Below, in pieces: positions 16,439 to 25,233 of a DNA stretch of 64,000 nt. The position numbers were made by a program, and so were the translations under genes. Positions within the stretch are counted from its first letter, which is position 1. Each line of letters opens with the position of its first letter. Source of the DNA: Clostridia bacterium (GTDB lineage Bacteria > Bacillota > Clostridia > Oscillospirales > CAG-272); NCBI GenBank assembly GCA_017456985.1, contig JAFTIH010000031.1, positions 64,421-128,420 of the forward strand. Direction: 5' to 3'. A model generated the notes under the pieces. The model had not been told where the DNA came from, searched no databases, and worked only from the letters and a program-made list of their open reading frames with translations.

Positions 16439-17718
16439 TTAAAATTATGAAATACGAGGACGTGGCAAAAGAAGAGATCTTTGCCAGAAAAAGCCCGACG
16501 GCAGACGTTTCGGACATCGTCCGCGACATCATTGCCAACGTACGTGCGCGCGGCGATGCGGCGCTTTACGAGTATGCCGAGCGCTTTGACAAGGTCACGC
16601 TCACCTCGCTTGAGGTAAGCGAGGCAGAGATCGAAGAGGCGTTCGCCGCGGTCGAGCCGAGATTTCTCGATATTCTGCGCCGCGCGGCAGAGAACATCCG
16701 TGTTTTTCACAGTGCGCAAAAGAAAAACAGCTTCATTATTAACGATAAAAATGGTGTTATTATCGGGCAGAAGGTAATTCCGATCGAAAAGGTCGGACTG
16801 TACGTTCCCGGCGGTACGGCGGCGTACCCCTCCACCGTTTTGATGGACAGCATTCCCGCTAAGATCGCGGGATGCGGTGAGATCTGCATCGTGACCCCGC
16901 CGAGTCGCGACGGCAAGGTGAACCCCGTTATCCTCGCGGCGGCAAAGATCGCGGGCGTTGACCGTATCTTTAAGGTGGGTGGCGCGCAAGCGGTTGCGGC
17001 GCTCGCCTACGGGACGCAAACGCTCCCCAAGGTGGATAAGATCGTGGGTCCCGGCAACGCCTTCGTTGCAGAGGCAAAGCGACAGGTCTTTGGCGAGGTC
17101 GCTATCGATATGATCGCGGGTCCGAGCGAGATCTTGGTGGTCGCAGACGCCAAAAGCAATCCCGCCTTCGTTGCGGCAGATCTTCTTTCCCAAGCAGAGC
17201 ACGATAAAAACGCAAGCGCCGTGCTGGTGACGGACAGCTTCGCCTTTGCAAAGGCGGTCAGCGATGAGCTTGAGCGCCAGATCCCCGCGCTTCCGCGTCA
17301 CGAGATCGCGCGTGCGTCGATCGACGACAACGGTAAGATCATCGTAGCGAATACGCTCACCCTTGCCATCGATATTGCCAACGCCATCGCTCCCGAGCAC
17401 TTAGAGCTTTGCGTGGATAATCCCTTCGATTATCTTGACAGTATCCGCCACGCGGGCAGCATCTTTATGGGTCGCTACTGCCCCGAGGCGCTGGGTGATT
17501 ACTTTGCGGGTCCCAATCACACGCTCCCTACGGGTGGTACCGCTCGTTTTTCTAACCCGCTCTCCGTGGATGATTTTGTGAAAAAGACGCAGTATTCCTA
17601 TTACACGGCGGACGCGTTGCGTGCCGTTGCCGACGACGTTGCCTTTTTTGCAAGCAAGGAAGGACTTGACGCACACGCAAGAAGCGCTACCATCCGATTT
17701 GAGGACGAGAAACAATGA
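16435..17718 (+). CDS. hisD: Histidinol dehydrogenase
   Basis: It is 427 aa, carries SQAEHD and GPNHTLPT motifs, and sits at the expected operon position. Confidence 0.9.
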   Translation: MIKIMKYEDVAKEEIFARKSPTADVSDIVRDIIANVRARGDAALYEYAERFDKVTLTSLEVSEAEIEEAFAAVEPRFLDILRRAAENIRVFHSAQKKNSFIINDKNGVIIGQKVIPIEKVGLYVPGGTAAYPSTVLMDSIPAKIAGCGEICIVTPPSRDGKVNPVILAAAKIAGVDRIFKVGGAQAVAALAYGTQTLPKVDKIVGPGNAFVAEAKRQVFGEVAIDMIAGPSEILVVADAKSNPAFVAADLLSQAEHDKNASAVLVTDSFAFAKAVSDELERQIPALPRHEIARASIDDNGKIIVANTLTLAIDIANAIAPEHLELCVDNPFDYLDSIRHAGSIFMGRYCPEALGDYFAGPNHTLPTGGTARFSNPLSVDDFVKKTQYSYYTADALRAVADDVAFFASKEGLDAHARSATIRFEDEKQ

Positions 17719-18785
17719 GCAGGTTTTTGAGTAAAGAATATGCGGCGCTTAAGGAATATATTCCGGGCGAACAGCCCCAAGACCGCAAGTACATTAAGCT
17801 AAACACCAACGAATCCCCCTATCCGCCCTCCCCGAAAACGCAGGACGCCATCAGTCGGGATGCCGCCGCCAAGCTTTGTCTTTACAGCGACCCCGAGAGC
17901 CGTGCGCTCAAAGAGGGGCTTGCCGACTTGTACGGTGTGACGCCCCGCCAGGTTTTCGTTTCCAACGGCTCGGACGATATTCTTAATTTTGCCTTTATGG
18001 CGTTTGGCAAGGACGTGGGAGCTTGCTATGCCGATATTACGTACGGCTTTTATCCCGTGTTTGCGCAGCTCCATCATATCGATGCGCGCGTGATCCCGCT
18101 TTCGGCGGACTTCACCCTTCCCATAGCGGAATTTTGCCACACGGGACGGCTGGTTGTGATCGCTAACCCCAACGCGCCCACGGGAATTGCGCTTTCTCTT
18201 GCCGAAGTGGAGGAGATCGTGCGCTCCAACCCCGATACGGTGGTGGTGATCGACGAGGCGTATGTAGATTTCGGTGCGGAGTCTGCGCTTGCGCTTTTAC
18301 CGAAGTACGACAATCTTCTCGTCGTGCGGACGTACTCAAAATCCCGCTCTATGGCGGGTGCGCGTCTTGGCTTTGCCTTCGCTTCGGAGGCGATCATAAG
18401 CGACCTTGAACGCATTAAGTACTCGACCAACCCCTATAACGTCAACCGTCTGACCCAGGCGGCGGGTCTTGCCGCCCTTTCGGAGGACGGCTACTATACG
18501 GACAACTGCAAGCGGATCATAGCGACGCGTGAGCGTACCCGAGAGGCGCTTGTGGCGCTTGGATTTACTGTACTGCCGTCCTCGGCAAACTTCCTTTTTG
18601 CCACACACGAAAAAATGACGGGCGAGGAGATCTATCGCCGATTGAAGGAGGATGGGGTGCTCGTGCGCCACTTTACCGCCCCAAGGATCGCAAACTACAA
18701 CCGCATTACCATTGGAACCGATGAAGAGATGACCCAAATGCTTGCCCGCTTAACGAACATTTTGAAAGGAACGCAAACGATATGA
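17715..18785 (+). CDS. hisC: Histidinol-phosphate aminotransferase
   Basis: Class-II aminotransferase with the YSKSRSMAGARLG PLP-lysine motif. Confidence 0.85.
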   Translation: MSRFLSKEYAALKEYIPGEQPQDRKYIKLNTNESPYPPSPKTQDAISRDAAAKLCLYSDPESRALKEGLADLYGVTPRQVFVSNGSDDILNFAFMAFGKDVGACYADITYGFYPVFAQLHHIDARVIPLSADFTLPIAEFCHTGRLVVIANPNAPTGIALSLAEVEEIVRSNPDTVVVIDEAYVDFGAESALALLPKYDNLLVVRTYSKSRSMAGARLGFAFASEAIISDLERIKYSTNPYNVNRLTQAAGLAALSEDGYYTDNCKRIIATRERTREALVALGFTVLPSSANFLFATHEKMTGEEIYRRLKEDGVLVRHFTAPRIANYNRITIGTDEEMTQMLARLTNILKGTQTI

Positions 18786-19372
18786 GAAATGCAGAAATCA
18801 AACGCGCTACGGCAGAAACGGATATCACCTTGGCGCTTTCTTTGGACAAGAAAGGCGACGCCGTGATCAACACGGGCTGTGGCTTTATGGATCATATGCT
18901 GACGCTCTTTGCAAAGCACGGCGCGTTTTCGCTTTCCGTCCTTTGTAACGGCGACACGAAGGTGGATTACCACCACAGTGTAGAGGACGTTGGCATTTGT
19001 CTTGGCAGTGCGTTTGCCAAGGCGCTTGGCGAGCGCAAGGGAATTATGCGCTACGCCGACGTGACGATCCCGATGGACGAAGCCCTCGTTTTGTGCGCCG
19101 TAGACGTTTCGGGTCGCTCGTATCTTGCTTTTTCTGCGGCGATGCCCGCACAAAAGGTGGGAGATTTTGATACGGAGCTTGTCAAGGAGTTTTTTGAAGC
19201 CTTCGTCCGCACGGCGGGCGTGACGCTTCACATCCGTCTTCTTGCAGGCGAGAACACGCACCACGTTATTGAGGCGATCTTCAAGGCGTTTGCAAGAGCG
19301 ATGCGCGCGGCTGTCGCCATTGATGCCTGCAACCCCGACGATATCCCTTCGACCAAGGGTCTGCTTGATTGA
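18782..19372 (+). CDS. hisB: Imidazoleglycerol-phosphate dehydratase
   Basis: Carries the GFMDHMLTLFAKHG, DYHHSVEDVGICLG and NTHHVIEAIFKAFARA motifs. Confidence 0.9.
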   Translation: MRNAEIKRATAETDITLALSLDKKGDAVINTGCGFMDHMLTLFAKHGAFSLSVLCNGDTKVDYHHSVEDVGICLGSAFAKALGERKGIMRYADVTIPMDEALVLCAVDVSGRSYLAFSAAMPAQKVGDFDTELVKEFFEAFVRTAGVTLHIRLLAGENTHHVIEAIFKAFARAMRAAVAIDACNPDDIPSTKGLLD

Positions 19373-19390
19373 TACGGGAGGCATCCTTCG

Positions 19391-20014
19391 ATGATAGCAA
19401 TTCTTGATTACGGTGTCGGCAACCTGTTTTCTCTGACCTGTTCCTTCCGTGCCATCGGCAAAGAGGCGGTCGTGACGAAGGACCCAGCCCGGATCCGCGC
19501 GGCAGAGCGCTTGATTTTGCCAGGAGTAGGCGCGTTTGCGGATGCCGCCAAAAAGCTTCGGGATTCGGGGCTTGACGTTCTTTTGAAGGAAGAGGTTGCC
19601 AAGGGCAAGCCGCTTCTCGGTATTTGCCTCGGTATGCAGCTTTTGTTTGAAAAAAGCTATGAATACGGCGAGCACGAGGGGTTAGGCTTGATCAAAGGCA
19701 GTATTTTGCCCTTTGCCGAGCATATCGGTGAAGAGTACAAGATTCCCCAGATCGGTTGGAATCGCCTGCACCTGACGCAAAGCATTCCGCTTTGGAAGTA
19801 TGTAAACGAAGGGGATTTCGTGTATTTCGTCCATTCCTATTTTGCGCCCAGCTCCGACGCCTACACGGCAGCAGAAGCGGAATACGGTATTCCGTTTAGC
19901 GCGGCAGTCGCCAAGGGCAACGTCTATGGCTGTCAGTTTCATCCCGAAAAGAGCGGAAACGTCGGTCTTTCTATTCTGCGCGGCTTTTGTGAAACGGAGG
20001 GAAGGGTATGCTGA
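19391..20014 (+). CDS. hisH: Imidazole glycerol phosphate synthase, glutamine amidotransferase subunit
   Basis: Starts MIAILDYGVGNLFS and carries PGVGAF, GICLGMQLL and QFHPEKS. Confidence 0.9.
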   Translation: MIAILDYGVGNLFSLTCSFRAIGKEAVVTKDPARIRAAERLILPGVGAFADAAKKLRDSGLDVLLKEEVAKGKPLLGICLGMQLLFEKSYEYGEHEGLGLIKGSILPFAEHIGEEYKIPQIGWNRLHLTQSIPLWKYVNEGDFVYFVHSYFAPSSDAYTAAEAEYGIPFSAAVAKGNVYGCQFHPEKSGNVGLSILRGFCETEGRVC

Positions 20015-20736
20015 TCTTTCCCGCGATCGACCTGTACGGCGGCGCCGCAGTGCGCTTATATAAGGGCGATTATAACCAGATGACCGTTTACAACCCCAGC
20101 CCCCTCGCGGTCGCGCGCGATTTTGAAGAAAAAGGCGCCACCTTTATCCATATGGTTGACCTTGAAGGGGCAAAGGACGGCACGACGCCAAATTTGTCCG
20201 TTGTAGCGGAGATCGCGAAATCGCCGTCCTTGAAGGTGGAGATCGGTGGCGGCATCCGTTCGATGGAAACGGTGGATAAATATCTTTCTGCCGGAGTATA
20301 TCGCGTGATTTTGGGGACTGCCGCCATTACAGACCCCGAATTTTTAAAGGCGGCGCTTGCCAAATACGGCGAGAGAATTGCCGTCGGCGCCGACATTAAG
20401 GACGGCTTCGTTGCCATCAAAGGGTGGCTTGAAACCTCTGCCGTTTCCTGCGAGGAATTTTTTGCGCAAATGCAAGCGCTCGGGGTTAAGACCATCATTT
20501 GCACCGATATTTCCAAGGACGGTGCGATGAAGGGAACCAACCGTGAGCTCTACCGCTCGCTTTCGGAGCGCTTTGCGGTGCAGATCGTTGCCTCGGGCGG
20601 TGTGTCCTCGTTGGAGGACGTTCTTGCCCTTCGCGATATGGGGCTTTACGCGGCAATCGTCGGTAAGGCGTATTACGTGGGCGCGATCGATTTGGAAGCG
20701 GCGATCAAGCTTGCACACAAGGAGAACGCACAATGA
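20008..20736 (+). CDS. hisA: ProFAR isomerase HisA
   Basis: Starts MLIFPAIDLYGGAAVRL and carries the ASGGVSSLEDV motif. Confidence 0.9.
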   Translation: MLIFPAIDLYGGAAVRLYKGDYNQMTVYNPSPLAVARDFEEKGATFIHMVDLEGAKDGTTPNLSVVAEIAKSPSLKVEIGGGIRSMETVDKYLSAGVYRVILGTAAITDPEFLKAALAKYGERIAVGADIKDGFVAIKGWLETSAVSCEEFFAQMQALGVKTIICTDISKDGAMKGTNRELYRSLSERFAVQIVASGGVSSLEDVLALRDMGLYAAIVGKAYYVGAIDLEAAIKLAHKENAQ

Positions 20737-21491
20737 TAACCAAAAGAATTATACCTTGCCTTGACGTGCGCGACGGGCGCGTGGTCAAGGGCGTGAACTT
20801 TGAAGGACTCGCCGACGTTTCTTCTCCCGTCAGCCTTGCAAAATATTACAGCGAATGCGGCGCGGATGAGCTCGTTTTTTACGATATTACCGCATCCGCC
20901 GAGGGGCGCGCCCTCTTCACGGACGTGCTTCGTGAGGTAGCATCAGAGATCTTTATCCCGCTTACGGTGGGTGGCGGCATCAATACCCTTGACGACTTTG
21001 ACCGCGTGCTCAAATGCGGCGCGGATAAGGTGAGCGTCAACTCGGGTGCGATCCGCAATCCCGCTCTGATCGGGGAAGCGGCAAAGCGCTACGGCGACCA
21101 GTGCGTGGTGCTTTCTGCCGACGTGAAGCGCGTTGACGGCGTGTTCCGTGTCTTTGCCAAGGGTGGCAGAGAAAACACGGGAATGGAGGCGATCGAATGG
21201 ATCCGCCGCTGTGTGGATATGGGCGCAGGCGAGGTCGTGGTAAACTCTATTGATACTGACGGTGTCAAGGGCGGCTTTGACCTTGAAATGCTCTCGCGCG
21301 TTTGTGACGCGGTGAGCGTTCCCGTGATCGCATCGGGCGGTGCGGGGTGCATTGCAGACTTCGTAACGCTCTTTCGCGAGGTTCCCGGGGTGGATGCGGG
21401 GCTTGCCGCCTCTATTTTCCATTTCGGTGAAGTAAAAATTTCCGATCTGAAGCGGACGCTTGATGAAAACGGGGTTCCCGTTCGGATATAA
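20733..21491 (+). CDS. hisF: Imidazole glycerol phosphate synthase cyclase subunit
   Basis: Carries [28 protein letters not shown] and ASGGAG. Confidence 0.9.
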   Translation: MITKRIIPCLDVRDGRVVKGVNFEGLADVSSPVSLAKYYSECGADELVFYDITASAEGRALFTDVLREVASEIFIPLTVGGGINTLDDFDRVLKCGADKVSVNSGAIRNPALIGEAAKRYGDQCVVLSADVKRVDGVFRVFAKGGRENTGMEAIEWIRRCVDMGAGEVVVNSIDTDGVKGGFDLEMLSRVCDAVSVPVIASGGAGCIADFVTLFREVPGVDAGLAASIFHFGEVKISDLKRTLDENGVPVRI

Positions 21492-21508
21492 GAAAGGATC
21501 ATATAGCT

Positions 21509-22168
21509 ATGTTTGATATCGAAAGCTTGAAGTTTGACGAAAAAGGGCTGATCCCCGCCGTCGTGGTGGATGCTTATACGAAAAAAGTGCTTACCGTGGC
21601 GTATATGAGCCGCGAGAGCTTAAAGATCACGATGGAGAAGGGGCTCACCTGCTTTTACAGCCGCTCGCGTGACGAGCTGTGGTTAAAGGGCGAAACGAGC
21701 GGAAATTATCAGCACGTCGTTTCGATCACGGCAGATTGCGATATGGACGCCTTGACCGTGGTCGTGGAAAAGGAAGGTCCCGCTTGCCATCTTGGCACGG
21801 ACAGCTGCTTTGAAAACCTTTTATGGCAGAGCGACGAGCGTCACGAATTCCGCCTTATGGAGCTGTATCGCTTGCTCGAGGACCGCAAGGCGACGATGCC
21901 CGAAAAGTCTTACACGACCTATCTCTTTGAAAAGGGAAGAGATAAGATCTTAAAGAAGATCGGTGAGGAATCCACCGAGGTGATCGTTGCCGCGAAGGGC
22001 GACGATAAAAAGGAAACGATCTACGAGATCGCAGACCTCGCGTATCACGTTATGGTTCTGATGGTGGAAATGGGAATCAGCGTCGAGGACGTGCAAAAGG
22101 AGCTTGGCTCTCGCCACGTGATCGATCACAAGGTCAAGCAAGAGAAAATGGCGGGGGATAACCTTTAA
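21509..22168 (+). CDS. hisIE: Bifunctional phosphoribosyl-AMP cyclohydrolase / phosphoribosyl-ATP pyrophosphatase
   Basis: [27 protein letters not shown] (HisI) is followed by [25 protein letters not shown] (HisE). Confidence 0.9.
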   Translation: MFDIESLKFDEKGLIPAVVVDAYTKKVLTVAYMSRESLKITMEKGLTCFYSRSRDELWLKGETSGNYQHVVSITADCDMDALTVVVEKEGPACHLGTDSCFENLLWQSDERHEFRLMELYRLLEDRKATMPEKSYTTYLFEKGRDKILKKIGEESTEVIVAAKGDDKKETIYEIADLAYHVMVLMVEMGISVEDVQKELGSRHVIDHKVKQEKMAGDNL

Positions 22169-22175
22169 GCCGTAT

Positions 22176-22205
22176 AGCACCGCGCAAAGCGCGGTGCTTT
22201 TTTTA
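22176..22205 (+). terminator. Rho-independent terminator of the his operon
   Basis: Stem agcaccgcgc aaa gcgcggtgct followed by TTTTTTT. Confidence 0.8.
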
Positions 22206-22225
22206 TAAAAATTATCAAATAATAA

Positions 22226-22254
22226 TTGACAGGGAAGCATAGAAATGGTATAAT
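22226..22254 (+). promoter_or_regulatory. Consensus sigma-A promoter (TTGACA-17-TGgTATAAT) driving the TerB/ATPase/helicase operon
   Basis: Reads ttgaca gggaagcatagaaatgg tataat, with an extended -10 TG. Confidence 0.7.
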
Positions 22255-22285
22255 TAAAAGAAGCCAAAAGAAGGGGGGAGAGCAA

Positions 22286-23857
22286 GTGCCAAACGAAAAA
22301 GACGATTTTTGGGATATTTCTTCCTTGCTTCCCCCCAAAAAGAAGCCGTCGGTGAAGCCATACGGCGAGGTGGAGCTCCCGTTTGTCGAGCCCGTCACAC
22401 CGCAAGCGACAAAAGAAGAGGAAGCACCCGAGCAGCTCTCGATGAAGCTTTCCCGCCCCATTCACCCCGCTACCGAGGAAAAAACGAGCTATGAGCCCAA
22501 GGACAACCCCTTGATCACACGGGTGTCCGTCTATCGAAAAAGCGCGCATATGCACATTTTCCACGGCTTTCGTGCAGAGGGCGCGGCACTTTTAAAGGAG
22601 CGCGGCACACCTTGTCCTTACGTTCCGTATTTTTCCTTCGTGCCGCAATACAATCAATTAAATCAGATGCAAAGGGCGTTTTATCTATACTTTCGCGATG
22701 AGGCAAATGCGGGGAATTATCTTGACGTCGGTCAAAGCTACGTTTTGCTTTATATCTTTGAAATTATCAATCTGCCCGAGCATATCCCCCCGAAAATCGG
22801 TGTTTTGCGCTTGGCAAAGGTATGGGCGGCGTACCGCGATAAGATGCCCGCGATCGATAAATATATGATCGCTTGGCTTGCCGACTACGCACTTTTGCAC
22901 GGCGTTTCCTGTCCGCGCGCGATTTTGATGCCGTTTCTTGGGGACATTCTGCAACGCGCGCCCTTAAAGGAGTTTTATCTCGGGATCGGGGAGGAGGAAA
23001 AGGATGGGGTGACGGACGCCCTGCTCCTTTTGACCTCAAATTACAAGTACCAGAACAGCCGTTATGCGACGGGGGAGCACGAGGCGCTTTTTCACACCCA
23101 TATCCGCCAGGCGGCGGCTGCTGTTTTACGCCACGTATTTCTGGACGGCGCCCAAAAGCCCCGCTATCAGACGGTCAAAAAGAAATACGAGGCGTTTGCA
23201 GGCGCGCTTTGGGCGGGAGCATCCCGCTTTGAGCTCTCCGTAACCTATTATTCCTTGACGGGGACGGACGACTTGCGCATTTTAATGACGGCGGTCGTCA
23301 AATATGCGGAAAACAAGCTCCGCGCGCACTTGTCGGTAAAGAGCCGTCTCGCCGTTTCCTGCCTGCCCGACGTTTATCGCGCGCTTCTTGATACCTATTT
23401 TGATGCGGCGCTCCCTTCTCCCACCAAGCAAGCACCCCCACGCCCGACGTACGAGGCGCTTTACGATGCTCCGAGCGAGGGTGTTTCCCGCACCGAGGCG
23501 GCGAAAATAGAGGAAAAATCTTGGGAAAACACGTGGCGCTTGATCCCCGAAGAGGAAAAGGACGAGATCTTTTGCGCCCCCTCGACCGAAGTCGCTCCGA
23601 CAGAACCCCAAGCGAAACCCACGGTAGCAGATAACGCACTCACCGAAGAAGAGCGCACCTTTCTCGGCTTTCTCCTGCGCGGAGAAGAGAGCGAGGCGCG
23701 TGCATTTGCCAAATCGTGCGGCGTCACCTACCTTTTGCTCGGTGAGCGCATCAACGAATATTTTGCAGATACGCTGGGAGACGTCGTTCTTGAGCTTTGC
23801 GGCGACGCGTATTTGCCGATAGAAGACTATTTTGAAGAGATCCGCGCCCTTCTTTGA
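22286..23857 (+). CDS. sngA: TerB-N / TerB-C domain protein (Shango SngA-like); start taken at GTG 22286 behind AAGGGGGGAG
   Basis: A Pro/Lys/Glu-rich N-terminus is followed by YVPYFSFVPQYNQLNQMQRAFYLYFRDEANAGNYLDVGQSYVLLYIFEIIN (TerB-N-like). The C-terminal LTEEERTFLGFLLRGEE..CGVTYLLLGERINEYFADTLGDVVLE is TerB-C-like. Confidence 0.65.
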   Translation: MPNEKDDFWDISSLLPPKKKPSVKPYGEVELPFVEPVTPQATKEEEAPEQLSMKLSRPIHPATEEKTSYEPKDNPLITRVSVYRKSAHMHIFHGFRAEGAALLKERGTPCPYVPYFSFVPQYNQLNQMQRAFYLYFRDEANAGNYLDVGQSYVLLYIFEIINLPEHIPPKIGVLRLAKVWAAYRDKMPAIDKYMIAWLADYALLHGVSCPRAILMPFLGDILQRAPLKEFYLGIGEEEKDGVTDALLLLTSNYKYQNSRYATGEHEALFHTHIRQAAAAVLRHVFLDGAQKPRYQTVKKKYEAFAGALWAGASRFELSVTYYSLTGTDDLRILMTAVVKYAENKLRAHLSVKSRLAVSCLPDVYRALLDTYFDAALPSPTKQAPPRPTYEALYDAPSEGVSRTEAAKIEEKSWENTWRLIPEEEKDEIFCAPSTEVAPTEPQAKPTVADNALTEEERTFLGFLLRGEESEARAFAKSCGVTYLLLGERINEYFADTLGDVVLELCGDAYLPIEDYFEEIRALL

Positions 23858-23874
23858 CGCGGAGGAGAGAAACG

Positions 23875-25221
23875 ATGGAAAACCAAAAGATGATTCCCAA
23901 AAGAATTCTTGTGAATCTGCTTTCCGCCCTTTCTGCGGGTGTCGTTCCGCGTACGGGCGCACCCTATATCGCCATTGGCAGAAACGATGAGATCGCGGCG
24001 CTTTTAGAAAGTATGAATACCGTGGCAGACGGCGGCGCCGCCGTCCGTTTCCTCATTGGACGGTACGGAAGCGGCAAGAGCTTTTTAATTCAGCTTTTGC
24101 GCGGATACGCGATGGATCGCGGCTTTCTTTGTGCCGATGCCGACCTTTCGACCGATCAGCGCCGTCTTTGCGGCGGTAACGGGGCAGGGCTTGCGACCTA
24201 CCGTGAGCTGATCCGCAATCTGGCGTCCAAGGCATCACCCGACGGCGGCGCTCTACCCGTGGTGCTGTCAAGACACTACGCGTCCGTTCTTTCTGGGCTT
24301 GCCGAGCGCGGCGTGCTTCCCGAATCTCCCTCTTTTTCCGAGGAGCTTCGCCGAGAGGTCATCGTCGGCTTTTCAAAGCTGGAAAGCAGTGTGGGCGGCT
24401 TTGATTTCTCGCGCGTGATCTGCGAATATTTTCTTGCTTGTGCCGAGGAGAACGAGGACCGCAAGAGCGCTTGTTTAAAGTGGCTGCGCGGTGAATTTGC
24501 CAACAAGACCGAGGCAAAGGCAGAGCTCGGCTTCCGTGTCAGCGGCATCGTGGATGACGAAAACTGGTACGACTATATCAAGCTTTGGGCGATCCTTGCC
24601 CGCCATCTCGGATATGCGGGACTCATCGTTTATATCGACGAATGCATTATTCTTTATAAGATCGTCAACCGCGTTTCCCGCGAAAGCAACTACGAAAAGC
24701 TCCTTACCATCTTTAACGACGCCCTTCAAGGCAGAGCCGAGGGGCTTGGCGTGATCTTTGGCGGAACGCCGCAGTTTTTGGAGGATACGAGAAGAGGCTT
24801 ATTCAGCTACGAAGCCCTTCGCAGCCGTCTTGCGGATAGCCGCTTTGCGGATGCGGGTTACACGACGCTTTCTTCTCCCGTCATTCGCTTGCGCCGTCTT
24901 TCCGATAACGAGCTGTTCGCTCTTTTACAGCGCCTTTCCAAGCTTTTTGCAATGCAAAAGGGAAGTGAGGAGCTTTTGAGCGAAAGCCAGCTTGAGCGCT
25001 TCCTTGCCGTTTGCCTTGCGCGCGCGGGCGCGTCCGAGCTTTTGACGCCGCGCGAAATGATCCGCGATTTTCTGACCCTGCTTAACATTTTAAGCGAAAA
25101 CCCCGACGCTTCCTTTGAAGAGCTGCTTGTCGGCAAGGAAAAGGAGGAGGGCTTTGCCCGTCCCGCTTCCCAAGAGGATAGCGGGCGCGGCGGTATTACG
25201 CTTTCCGATCTTGATTTTTAA
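23875..25221 (+). CDS. sngB: DUF2791/BrxD-like P-loop ATPase (Shango SngB-like); start at ATG 23875 behind GGAGGAGAG
   Basis: LSAGVVPRTGAPYIAIGRNDEIAALL..RFLIGRYGSGKSFL contains the Walker A. LIVYIDEC is the Walker B. Confidence 0.65.
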   Translation: MENQKMIPKRILVNLLSALSAGVVPRTGAPYIAIGRNDEIAALLESMNTVADGGAAVRFLIGRYGSGKSFLIQLLRGYAMDRGFLCADADLSTDQRRLCGGNGAGLATYRELIRNLASKASPDGGALPVVLSRHYASVLSGLAERGVLPESPSFSEELRREVIVGFSKLESSVGGFDFSRVICEYFLACAEENEDRKSACLKWLRGEFANKTEAKAELGFRVSGIVDDENWYDYIKLWAILARHLGYAGLIVYIDECIILYKIVNRVSRESNYEKLLTIFNDALQGRAEGLGVIFGGTPQFLEDTRRGLFSYEALRSRLADSRFADAGYTTLSSPVIRLRRLSDNELFALLQRLSKLFAMQKGSEELLSESQLERFLAVCLARAGASELLTPREMIRDFLTLLNILSENPDASFEELLVGKEKEEGFARPASQEDSGRGGITLSDLDF

Positions 25222-25233
25222 AAAGGAGCACTT

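Noticed and set aside
16210-17400. Long minus-strand ORFs across the his operon and other plus-strand genes (also 18695..19675, 6445..7269, 36532..37842, 39061..39990 on the opposite strand of glcK, 25708..26538, 27163..27861).
   Set aside because: Where I checked (16210..17400 against hisD, 6445..7269 against mrp), these are codon-phase-aligned mirrors of well-supported genes (hisD, hisB, mrp, mutS2, glcK, sngC). They have no independent start signals or recognisable domains.
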